30,773 nt of DNA from a virus: IMG/VR virus record IMGVR_UViG_3300006147_000496. One strand, 5' to 3'. Position 1 is the stretch's first letter, and every line of letters begins with the position of its first letter. The notes under the pieces were generated by a model, which was given only the letters and a program-made list of their open reading frames with translations, searched no databases and was not told the DNA's origin. The translations under genes were made by a program, and so were the position numbers. Below are positions 8,641-16,021 of the stretch, one piece after another.

Positions 8641-9645
8641 TTATGCCGCGGGGTCTTCTTCTCCGGCGTCTTTTTCGGACGCGGTTCCGGATGCCGCGGC
8701 GGCGGTACTCAACAACCGCAGATTTTCCGGTAGGGCCACGACGGTTCCCACGGCGGCTTCTACGGAGTGCATAACCCCTTCCATCCCAGGCACAACCCAT
8801 TGTTTCAGGTAAAGCTTGATGCCTCCGACGCTGCCCAGTTCGGAAACGAAAATGGCGCCGTTTTCGGTGGGAATCAAGGGCTGGCGGCTGATGATGCCGA
8901 TGGCATTTTCATATCCCATATATCCAATGGTTTTTTTATCGTCAGACAGGGCTTCCAGGCCGGTAGCCTTGTAAATGCCGCCAATCCCGTACACGCCGGT
9001 TTCCAATTTCAGGCTGTCCGCGTTATAAGGCGTCAGCTTGGCGTGGTAGGTGGGATTCACCGTCAGGGCGGACACTTCCGGGATGATCAGTCCGGAAAGC
9101 ACGGTTGCCACGTATTCCGGCGTGAAGCTTTCCAGCGTCACGCCGGAAATTACTTCCGGCGCGGCGGTCTTGATCTGCGTGTGCAAGTCCTTCAGGACGG
9201 CCTTGGCTACGGTTTCAATAGCCTTGTTCAGCTTCCCTTCCAGGCGGCTTCCGGCGGCCATGTCATAGGACGTGACCAGGAACGGGCGGCTGTAGCGGTT
9301 GCACTCAATGCTGACGGCATCCGTTTTGACGGCTGAAACGTTCCAATCTTCCGGGTTCTTGAGGGCTTCCCCTACTTCCCTGGCAATTTCAATGGTTAGC
9401 GTGACGGCCCGTCCTGGCCCAAAAGTCACAATTTCGTCCGTGTAGTCCGTTGTATAACGGTCCAGCGGGGCAAAAACCTCGCTTACCGCGGCAAGGCTTT
9501 TGCTTGCAACAGTTTTCCAGCCCAGGCCGGCAATGCTGTTCGTGTTTTCCGCCATGTGCATGCTGGGCTTCTGGTCGGTCAAATTGGTGACCGGGAACAG
9601 ATCCTTCATATTAAACGGCTTGTTTCCTTTATTTGCGATAGTCAT
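8641..9645 (-). CDS. Major capsid protein
   Basis: 334 aa, in the lambda-like order portal, protease, small protein, capsid. The size fits an HK97-fold capsid protein. Confidence 0.65.
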   Translation of the reverse strand: MTIANKGNKPFNMKDLFPVTNLTDQKPSMHMAENTNSIAGLGWKTVASKSLAAVSEVFAPLDRYTTDYTDEIVTFGPGRAVTLTIEIAREVGEALKNPEDWNVSAVKTDAVSIECNRYSRPFLVTSYDMAAGSRLEGKLNKAIETVAKAVLKDLHTQIKTAAPEVISGVTLESFTPEYVATVLSGLIIPEVSALTVNPTYHAKLTPYNADSLKLETGVYGIGGIYKATGLEALSDDKKTIGYMGYENAIGIISRQPLIPTENGAIFVSELGSVGGIKLYLKQWVVPGMEGVMHSVEAAVGTVVALPENLRLLSTAAAASGTASEKDAGEEDPAA

Positions 9646-9685
9646 ATGTTTTTTTGTTTTCTAATAGTTGAATGTTAATATGTTG

Positions 9686-10069
9686 TTATTCTTCGGAAGA
9701 AGCGCTTCCGAACGCATAAACGGTTCCACTCACGTCCAGTTTCACGGGGCCCGTGTTGGTCATGCTGCGCTTGACAGTCTCAATGAATACCGTTGTGGCT
9801 TTGGGCGTGTTGTTCCAAATGGGCGGAATGGTATTATTCAAAAGGAGGGTGCTTCCCATGGTCAGCGTATAATCCCCTCCCAGGGGGAGGGCTCCGGACA
9901 TGCTGAAGCTTAATTTTTCGTCAATGATGTAAACACCAATGACTTTTCCCATATGATCCTTCTGTTCGTATTTCTCCATGGACCCGTCAAAATTCATGCT
10001 TTCGACAAGGATCCCGGATTCGCTGTTTTTGATCCCGAATTCCGGCGTTGTACCGTAAAGAGTTGGCAT
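9686..10069 (-). CDS. Head decoration-like protein (track ORF extends to 10135; ATG 10069 MPTLYG preferred)
   Basis: About 127 aa and beta-rich, located between protease and capsid genes where lambda D and related decoration genes sit. The extended start would abut the protease stop. Confidence 0.4.
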   Translation of the reverse strand: MPTLYGTTPEFGIKNSESGILVESMNFDGSMEKYEQKDHMGKVIGVYIIDEKLSFSMSGALPLGGDYTLTMGSTLLLNNTIPPIWNNTPKATTVFIETVKRSMTNTGPVKLDVSGTVYAFGSASSEE

Positions 10070-10135
10070 CGTATGATTTCTTTCTTGGTTGATTCTCCGG
10101 TCTGACGGGCCGGGACGTAGGAATCTCAATCGCAT

Positions 10136-11272
10136 TCAAAGCCATTTTTTCACGGCCTCCGGATAGGCGGACGTGACAGCAAGGCGGTCATCCACGGTCA
10201 GAGACATGAATTCTTCCCTGCTGGCGGGCAGGGCTACCGTTTGCGCCGGGGCGGTCATTTCGGTTTCCGTGGCTGACGGAAGATCGGAAGCGGGAATATT
10301 CAGGGACGCCAATCTGGCCGTAACCTGTTTTTCCACCAGTTGTTCCGTGATTGCCGCCTGTTGATCCTGGGCGGCTTTCAGCTTCGCCACTTGGGCCTTC
10401 AGTCCCTTGTTCATGGCAGCCAGGCGGCTGTTCTGCATTTTCAGCGCTTTCAAGGGATCCTTTTTCTTCCCGGATCCCGTAAGGCCAAAAATACGCATGC
10501 AGATGCCCCCCGCGGCGTTTTTCAGGTTCAGGCGGCTTCCGGTCATGCCTGCCGCCGGGGCGGTTTCTTCGTCTTCGTCGTCCCCTTCTTCCCCTGTAGG
10601 GCTTTCGTCGTCTTCTTCGTCATTGTTGCCGGTTTCCGCGGTGGCTGTGGATTCGTCGTCTTCGTCTCCGGCGTTTTCTTCTTCGTCGTCCTCACCGTTT
10701 CCGGCGCTTTCGTCGTCATGGATGACTTCATCCACAAAGCCGTAAGCAATGGCTTCCGCGGCGCTGTAATAGACGCTTGCCTTATGGTCATTGCTGACCT
10801 GTTCCCAGGACTTTCCGCATTTTCCGCCATAGATGGCAAACATGCGTTCCCGTTCTTTGATCAGCATGGCCGCATAATTCATGATTTCATCCGGGTTCCC
10901 CCAAACGCCCGCATAGGGCTGATGTACCATGAATTTAGCGCTTTCGCTCATAGCTACCGTATCGGCGGCCATGCACAGCAGGCTTGCCGCGCTGGCGGCC
11001 AGGCCATGAACTTCCGCCCGGACAGGGATCTTGCATGAACGGATGGCATCGTACATGCTCAACGCGGAAAAAACGTCCCCGCCGGGCGAGTTCACGCGCA
11101 AGGTGATGCTGGACGCGCCCTGATTGGCGGCGGCTTTCAGCTTATCGGCAAATTCAAGGCATTGGGCGTCATCCCACCCAATAACCCCGGTAACGTCCAC
11201 GACCGCCACGGCGCCGGAGGTTCCGGCTTGCATGGTCAGCATGGGCAACTGGTATGTTTTTTTTCTATTCAT
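10136..11272 (-). CDS. ClpP/S49-type prohead protease fused to an acidic linker and scaffold-like coiled coil
   Basis: LRVNSPGGDVFSALSMYDAI ... HGLAASAASLLCMAAD ... FMVHQP matches the ClpP-family serine protease pattern. It is followed by a D/E-rich stretch (GEDDEEENAGDEDDES...EEGDDEDEE) and a coiled-coil tail. Confidence 0.85.
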   Translation of the reverse strand: MNRKKTYQLPMLTMQAGTSGAVAVVDVTGVIGWDDAQCLEFADKLKAAANQGASSITLRVNSPGGDVFSALSMYDAIRSCKIPVRAEVHGLAASAASLLCMAADTVAMSESAKFMVHQPYAGVWGNPDEIMNYAAMLIKERERMFAIYGGKCGKSWEQVSNDHKASVYYSAAEAIAYGFVDEVIHDDESAGNGEDDEEENAGDEDDESTATAETGNNDEEDDESPTGEEGDDEDEETAPAAGMTGSRLNLKNAAGGICMRIFGLTGSGKKKDPLKALKMQNSRLAAMNKGLKAQVAKLKAAQDQQAAITEQLVEKQVTARLASLNIPASDLPSATETEMTAPAQTVALPASREEFMSLTVDDRLAVTSAYPEAVKKWL

Positions 11273-11290
11273 GATATGATACAGGTTTCC

Positions 11291-12868
11291 CTATATATTT
11301 TCCCCGCCGTCTCTTTTGCTCTTTTCCCCGTTGCCGGCATTTTCCGGTTCATCGTCTTCCGGAGGCGGCCCCGGGTGCACGTCATGGGCCGCATGTGTGG
11401 AGCCGATGGCGCCAGGCAAAAGTTCCGTGATGGGGATGCCGGAGGATTCGGCAATTTCATGAGCCCGGCGCAACAAATCCGCCCGGCGGTCCAAAATGCT
11501 TTCCGCAGTCATGCCCTCCGTGGCGAGCGTCCAGCGGTCCGCGTCAGCCAGTCCTTCCCGGATCAGATTGATTGCCAGGCCCCCTTCACGGCCTAAATCA
11601 ATCGTCAAATCACGCTGACCCACCCAGGCCACGTTTTCCCAGGCGGGATCTTTACAGCGGGGGAGGCGCCCCGCCTCCATTTCCAGGGCCAGGACATGCC
11701 GGTAAATCCGGTTCATGTACACTTCCCGCGCGTCTTTCCGTTCGTCGATCCAGCGCCGCAATTTTGACAGGATCAGCCGGGCCGCCGCGCTTCCTAACGT
11801 GTTGATGTCATAGAGGACTTCCGCGTCCAGTCCCACGCCGTAGGCGATTTCCGCGAGCAAGTCGCGGATGAAGGCGGCCACATTGGGAGATGGCCGCTGG
11901 TCATAAATGGCTTTCAGATCACGCCCTGGGGCAAGGCTGACTACACGGGCCCCGCCGCCGGTGACGACTTCAAAGGATTGCGCCGGATTTTCCGGTTTTT
12001 CGTCACAGCCCGGTTTCTTTTTGCCCCCAATGGCGGCGGCCATTCCGGGGGCCTTGTCTGCCTCCGTTTTCGTTTCGACAAATCCCACGGCGGCGGACAG
12101 TTTCACGCTGGCTTTCGTAAAGCCGTGTATTTCCGCAATATCCACCCCGTGCCGGATGGCGTGGATTAGATCTGATTCCCCGCGTGGGACTGCCGGATCC
12201 GGATCCCGCTGATACAGGATGGCACAGCCGGCGGGGATGACGATGCAGCGGCCCGGCGCCGTTGCCAGTCCATAAGCAACCGGGCGCCCCTGTGCGTTTG
12301 TTTTCACCCCCTGGTTCCAGCCGTCTTCTTTACCCAGGCCCGGCGGCGTGATTATCTTCGGCGCGCTGTACCAGGCCACCATTCCCCCGCCGTCCAGGCC
12401 GCGGGCCAGAACGCACAGGCAATCGCCGTCAATGCTGGTTTTCCTTTCGGCCCATGCCTGCATGGTTTTCCAGGATAATTTTCCCGTAACGTCAAAAGCG
12501 GCGGGGCTGGCCACCCGCGCCAGAAAGGCCGCGCGGGCTTTCCGGTTCCAGTCCCGGTCTTGCGTCGTAGGAATAGGCATCAGGCAGCCCTGCAATAGCC
12601 AAATGTCACGGACGGCCTTCCGGATGACGCCGGAATTCTTGTACAGATACCGGGCGGCCCTCATGACGGCGGCACGGTCATAATCATCCATTTCGGAGGC
12701 GTCATCCAGCGTAGGCCAGTACAACATGCCGTTAGCCCAGGGCAGGGCGCCCTGGATGCCTCCGAACATTTGAGGGGACAGGGCGCGGGGCTGGTTCAGG
12801 GCCTCCGGCATGGAGCCCAGATCTGCCCGGTTCATGCGTAACTTGTATTTTCTCTTGCGTCGTTTCAT
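11291..12868 (-). CDS. Portal protein (lambda family)
   Basis: 525 aa, located between the gpW-like gene and the protease. The segment RAARYLYKNSGVIRKAVRDIWLLQG resembles the conserved lambda-type portal region. Confidence 0.8.
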   Translation of the reverse strand: MKRRKRKYKLRMNRADLGSMPEALNQPRALSPQMFGGIQGALPWANGMLYWPTLDDASEMDDYDRAAVMRAARYLYKNSGVIRKAVRDIWLLQGCLMPIPTTQDRDWNRKARAAFLARVASPAAFDVTGKLSWKTMQAWAERKTSIDGDCLCVLARGLDGGGMVAWYSAPKIITPPGLGKEDGWNQGVKTNAQGRPVAYGLATAPGRCIVIPAGCAILYQRDPDPAVPRGESDLIHAIRHGVDIAEIHGFTKASVKLSAAVGFVETKTEADKAPGMAAAIGGKKKPGCDEKPENPAQSFEVVTGGGARVVSLAPGRDLKAIYDQRPSPNVAAFIRDLLAEIAYGVGLDAEVLYDINTLGSAAARLILSKLRRWIDERKDAREVYMNRIYRHVLALEMEAGRLPRCKDPAWENVAWVGQRDLTIDLGREGGLAINLIREGLADADRWTLATEGMTAESILDRRADLLRRAHEIAESSGIPITELLPGAIGSTHAAHDVHPGPPPEDDEPENAGNGEKSKRDGGENI

Positions 12869-12869
12869 G

Positions 12870-13148
12870 TCAATAATCTGTATTCCTAAATCCTACAATG
12901 GTAACGCTTTGTCCCGGATTCGGAGATTGCCCCGTCTTCGCCTTGATCGCCATGTTCAGGGCGGCCAGTAGGCTTTCCGCGTCCATGCGTTGTTGCCGGC
13001 TGTAACTGCTGCCGCCGCCCCCGCTGGCGGATGTGATCATGTCAAGTTCAAGTAGCTTGTCCGCTACTTCCTTTCTTTTGGCCTTGAGTTCCTGGAGGCT
13101 GTAAGCCTCCGCCAGGGCATCTAAACTTTCTTGAGAAAATCCGCTCAT
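12870..13148 (-). CDS. gpW-like head-tail joining protein
   Basis: 92 aa, located between terminase and portal as in lambda. The helix / Gly-Ser loop / helix pattern resembles gpW. Confidence 0.5.
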   Translation of the reverse strand: MSGFSQESLDALAEAYSLQELKAKRKEVADKLLELDMITSASGGGGSSYSRQQRMDAESLLAALNMAIKAKTGQSPNPGQSVTIVGFRNTDY

Positions 13149-13151
13149 ACC

Positions 13152-14876
13152 TTATTCCCCGCCGTCTCTTTCTCTCTCTTCTTCCGGTTCGGGATCCGGG
13201 ACGGATGATTTCAGGACCCACCAGGAAAACATGCAGAGCTTCACGCAGTCGCCATAGTGGTCTCCGGCAATTTTCTTCCATTGGCTGGGGCTGCCGGGTT
13301 TCTCTTCTAGTACTTGCCCGCTCAATCCCCTGATCAGATCCGGATCCGCGTTCCCCGGAAGGTGCAGCCCAGGGCCGCGTCCGTGTGCAATGCGTTCGGC
13401 GTATAGTTCGATTTTTGCGGCCCGGTCCTGATAGGTGTACAGTTCAAGGCCCGGATGCGTTTTCAAATCCGTGCGATTCCAGACGCCAAAACCCGCGGCG
13501 GATCCTTTTGTTGGATAAAGCTGGCCGGGCATCAGGGCGCATTCCGTATAGGTCGCTTCCGCGCTCCAGCCGGAATCTACTAATCCCAGCGCCGGCTGAA
13601 AGATATGATCCCCTGCCTGATACAGCAATCCGGGGAAATGGGCGGCAACGCCTTTCCGGCCTCCCTCCGTCCGGAAACTTAGGATGGTTCCCCAATCGAT
13701 AACCCATAATTCCCCGCCGGCTGACACGGCGCAAACAACCCAATGCGTTTGCAGTTCCCCCGGATCATAGCCGGCCACCAGGTACAGCGGTTCCACGGGG
13801 GGCATTTCTCCCCGACGGTACGCGGAAGTTTTCAGGGCTTCCACAGCCTGATCTTTCACTTTAACCTGATATTTTGAGTAAGGCAGGGCTTCCCAGGAAT
13901 TCCGGAAGTTCTGTAATTCCATTTGCGCCAGAAGGGCGCGGGAACTTTCTACAAATTTACGGGCAAACTGACCAAAGGACACGAAAGGGGAATAAAGCGA
14001 ATTCAAATGATACCCGCGCCGGGACGGATGCGCGGCTTCATTGGTGGCCCTCCATTCGCCCGCCTGCATCATGTCTATTTTTTGGGCGTCGTAAATGGGC
14101 CGTGAACAATCCGGGCAGACATAGCGGGCGCTGGCTTCAATTTCTTCCAGGCTGTCCCCGTCCCAAACCAGCGTTGCCCGGCTGAATTCAAACCGGATCC
14201 ACATCCCGCAATGGGGACAGGGCATGAAGTATTCCCGGCAATCCGTCAGGCTGTAGCCCTGCCAGTAGGGTTCATCTTCAACATTCGGTGTACTGCTATG
14301 GATGATCAGCCGCCGCGGAAAGGCTTTTGTACGTTCTTCGATCAGGGCGGAAGGATGCGCTTCTTTTTTGTTGATATGTTCAAATTTCGCTTCCTCGTCT
14401 TGGATCACGTAAGCAATGGGCCGGGATGACAGACGGGCAGGGCTGGTCACGCCGGTCATGTAGATCGGCATATTGTCCAGCGTCATTTCCAGCGGGGCAA
14501 AAGATGCGGGATTCCGGAGGATATGCCGGGCAAGGCAGGGATTCGCTTTCAGAAACGGCTGAAGGCGGTTGCGGGAAAAGGGCGCGGCCAGATTATCGGA
14601 TGGGAGGGCCCATAGCAAGGGCATGGGATCGTGTTCCAATAGATAGGCCAGGGCCAGGAGGTCCAGCGTTGTTTTTCCGGTTTGGGCTGCCCAAACCAGA
14701 TACAAGTGTTCAATCCGGGTATTACGCAGGCATTCCAGCGGTTCCCTCATGTAAGGCTGACGGTCCAGGGACACGGGGCCCGGCGCGTTTGGGGAGGTTT
14801 CCCTCGGCAGCCTCAATTCCCGTTCCACCCATTCCACCACACTCCCCCGCGGCTGAAATAGGAGATCTTCTAACAT
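13152..14876 (-). CDS. terL: Terminase large subunit (GpA family)
   Basis: Walker A VWAAQTGKTT, DE-type Walker B (YVIQDEE), and the zinc-ribbon CPHCG...CPDC typical of lambda gpA-type terminases. Confidence 0.9.
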   Translation of the reverse strand: MLEDLLFQPRGSVVEWVERELRLPRETSPNAPGPVSLDRQPYMREPLECLRNTRIEHLYLVWAAQTGKTTLDLLALAYLLEHDPMPLLWALPSDNLAAPFSRNRLQPFLKANPCLARHILRNPASFAPLEMTLDNMPIYMTGVTSPARLSSRPIAYVIQDEEAKFEHINKKEAHPSALIEERTKAFPRRLIIHSSTPNVEDEPYWQGYSLTDCREYFMPCPHCGMWIRFEFSRATLVWDGDSLEEIEASARYVCPDCSRPIYDAQKIDMMQAGEWRATNEAAHPSRRGYHLNSLYSPFVSFGQFARKFVESSRALLAQMELQNFRNSWEALPYSKYQVKVKDQAVEALKTSAYRRGEMPPVEPLYLVAGYDPGELQTHWVVCAVSAGGELWVIDWGTILSFRTEGGRKGVAAHFPGLLYQAGDHIFQPALGLVDSGWSAEATYTECALMPGQLYPTKGSAAGFGVWNRTDLKTHPGLELYTYQDRAAKIELYAERIAHGRGPGLHLPGNADPDLIRGLSGQVLEEKPGSPSQWKKIAGDHYGDCVKLCMFSWWVLKSSVPDPEPEEERERDGGE

Positions 14877-15529
14877 GGCAAAAGGCTAGTGATATATTCA
14901 TCCATTTTTCGTATTCCCGTGTTCCATTCCGGCATGGCGGTTTCAAAGGCTTGGTAAAACTCATGCCGGTTTTCCGGAGACAGGCGGCCCGCAATGTTCA
15001 CTTCCAGCTTTTCAATGACGGATCCAAGCGGTTTCAAGTGTGTGCGGATTGCCATGACCCGTTCCACCGGGATCCACAATCCCGCCGCACGCAATAGCGC
15101 TTCCCGGTGCTTGGTGGCGTCTTCCCATTGTTTCCGGGATTCCCTGGTGGCGCGGGCCAGGGACGGAATAATATCCTGCTTGCCGGGATCTTTCAGGGCC
15201 GCGTTCAGCAATCCGTTCATTCCTTGCCATGCGGCCCAGGCTTCCGTGCAAATCAGTTCTGCTTTTTCCAGATCCGTTCTTTCCTGGGCGTCTTCCCGTT
15301 TTGCCGGGCTGGCCACCTGTTTCCCTTCACAGAATTCTTGCCACATGGGCGTGTTCTTTTCCCGCTGTTTCCGGGCCCAGCGCTCCGTTTTGCCGTGAGC
15401 TTTCGCCAGAGCCCGCACTTTCAAACTGTCTTCCGTTGGTCGTCTTGGCATGCTATTTTTCCTTTTCCTTATTCCCCGCTTTCTCTTTCTGGCTGTTCCG
15501 TTTTTCGCTGGATTTTTATATTCCAACAT
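14870..15529 (-). CDS. Terminase small subunit candidate (alternative start ATG 15451)
   Basis: Basic N-terminus and an HTH-like LAKAHGKTERWARKQ segment. The gene overlaps the terL start by 7 nt. The junction motif at 15467-15490 precedes ATG 15451, which argues for the shorter form. Confidence 0.45.
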   Translation of the reverse strand: MLEYKNPAKNGTARKRKRGIRKRKNSMPRRPTEDSLKVRALAKAHGKTERWARKQREKNTPMWQEFCEGKQVASPAKREDAQERTDLEKAELICTEAWAAWQGMNGLLNAALKDPGKQDIIPSLARATRESRKQWEDATKHREALLRAAGLWIPVERVMAIRTHLKPLGSVIEKLEVNIAGRLSPENRHEFYQAFETAMPEWNTGIRKMDEYITSLLPC

Positions 15530-15703
15530 GCTAATAATAACGGCGTTGCGTTCCGTAAAAACTCCGTTCCACTTTCAGAAAAATACCCCCGCCAGTCACA
15601 CAAGCACCGATCGGAACGGCCCCAGGCAAAGAGATTCCTTACCCCCCTTCCGGGGTTGGATCAGGCCATCATGGGAATGTAAGAGGACTAAATAAGGCTT
15701 CTC

Positions 15704-15721
15704 GTGCGCGCTTGTGCGCGC
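15704..15721. repeat. GTGCGCGC x2 with 10-bp phasing (candidate cos or terminase-binding element)
   Basis: GTGCGCGCTTGTGCGCGC read directly. It is a GC block in an otherwise AT-rich intergenic region upstream of the small terminase gene. Confidence 0.3.
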
Positions 15722-15740
15722 GTATAGCGTAGTAGCATAC

Positions 15741-15758
15741 ACATTGCCAACATTGCCA
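15741..15758. repeat. Tandem ACATTGCCA x2
   Basis: ACATTGCCAACATTGCCA read directly. It lies in the intergenic region between the terminase promoter region and attP. Confidence 0.5.
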
Positions 15759-15781
15759 CAAACAAAGCATATTTATAAACT

Positions 15782-15799
15782 ATGCACTATAATGCACTA
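15782..15799 (+). promoter_or_regulatory. Candidate integrase arm-type sites (P arm): ATGCACTA x2, 10-bp phasing
   Basis: ATGCACTATAATGCACTA lies about 50 nt left of the tRNA-like core. The same heptamer pair is found right of the core at 16005-16021. Confidence 0.45.
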
Positions 15800-15849
15800 A
15801 TAAAATACAAAACGCATAACTAATTGATAATGAGTAGAATGAAAAAGAC

Positions 15850-15894
15850 CTCATAAGCCTTTGGTCGGGTGTTCAAATCACCTCCCTGCTACCA
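15850..15894 (+). other. attP core: 3' 45 nt of a tRNA(CAU) gene (anticodon loop to CCA)
   Basis: CTCATAA (U33, CAT, A37), GCCTT, variable TGGTC, T-arm GGGTG-TTCAAAT-CACCT, acceptor CCCTGCT, discriminator A, CCA. No matching 5' acceptor strand (AGCAGGG) or D-arm lies upstream. The 5' anticodon-stem strand AAGAC mismatches GCCTT at one position. Confidence 0.75.
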
Positions 15895-15900
15895 TCTTCA

Positions 15901-15932
15901 AAGCCCCTTAAATCCAACGGTTTAAGGGGCTT
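15901..15932 (+). terminator. Hairpin directly after the tRNA 3' end (12-bp perfect stem)
   Basis: AAGCCCCTTAAA-tccaacgg-TTTAAGGGGCTT followed by GTTACTTTT. It would terminate the reconstituted tRNA transcript after integration. Confidence 0.6.
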
Positions 15933-16004
15933 GTTACTTTTAGAGCATAGTTTACATTCCATGCTGGAAAACAGTGAAAAAGGGTATAATGTAGTCAAAA
16001 AAGC

Positions 16005-16021
16005 ATGCACAATTATGCACA
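16005..16021 (+). promoter_or_regulatory. Candidate integrase arm-type sites (P' arm): ATGCACA x2, 10-bp phasing
   Basis: ATGCACAATTATGCACA read directly. The second copy contains the probable integrase start codon (16015). Confidence 0.4.

Noticed and set aside
9692-9712. Hairpin TTCGGAAG-aagcg-CTTCCGAA at the end of the decoration-like gene, considered as a terminator before the capsid gene
   Set aside because: No T-run follows it on the coding (minus) strand, and it lies within coding sequence. At most it is a transcript-stability element. The evidence is insufficient to call it.
15806-15894. A complete tRNA gene ending at 15894
   Set aside because: Only the anticodon loop through the CCA end folds correctly. 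No AGCAGGG acceptor 5' strand or D-arm exists in the 90 nt upstream, which is AT-rich repeat DNA. The 5' anticodon-stem strand has a mismatch. I interpret it as an attP tRNA fragment.
15931-16014. TTG 15931 as the integrase start (468-aa track ORF)
   Set aside because: The TTG lies inside the terminator hairpin stem, and the N-terminal extension covers the ATGCACA repeats. ATG 16015 (or 15961) gives a more typical integrase length.
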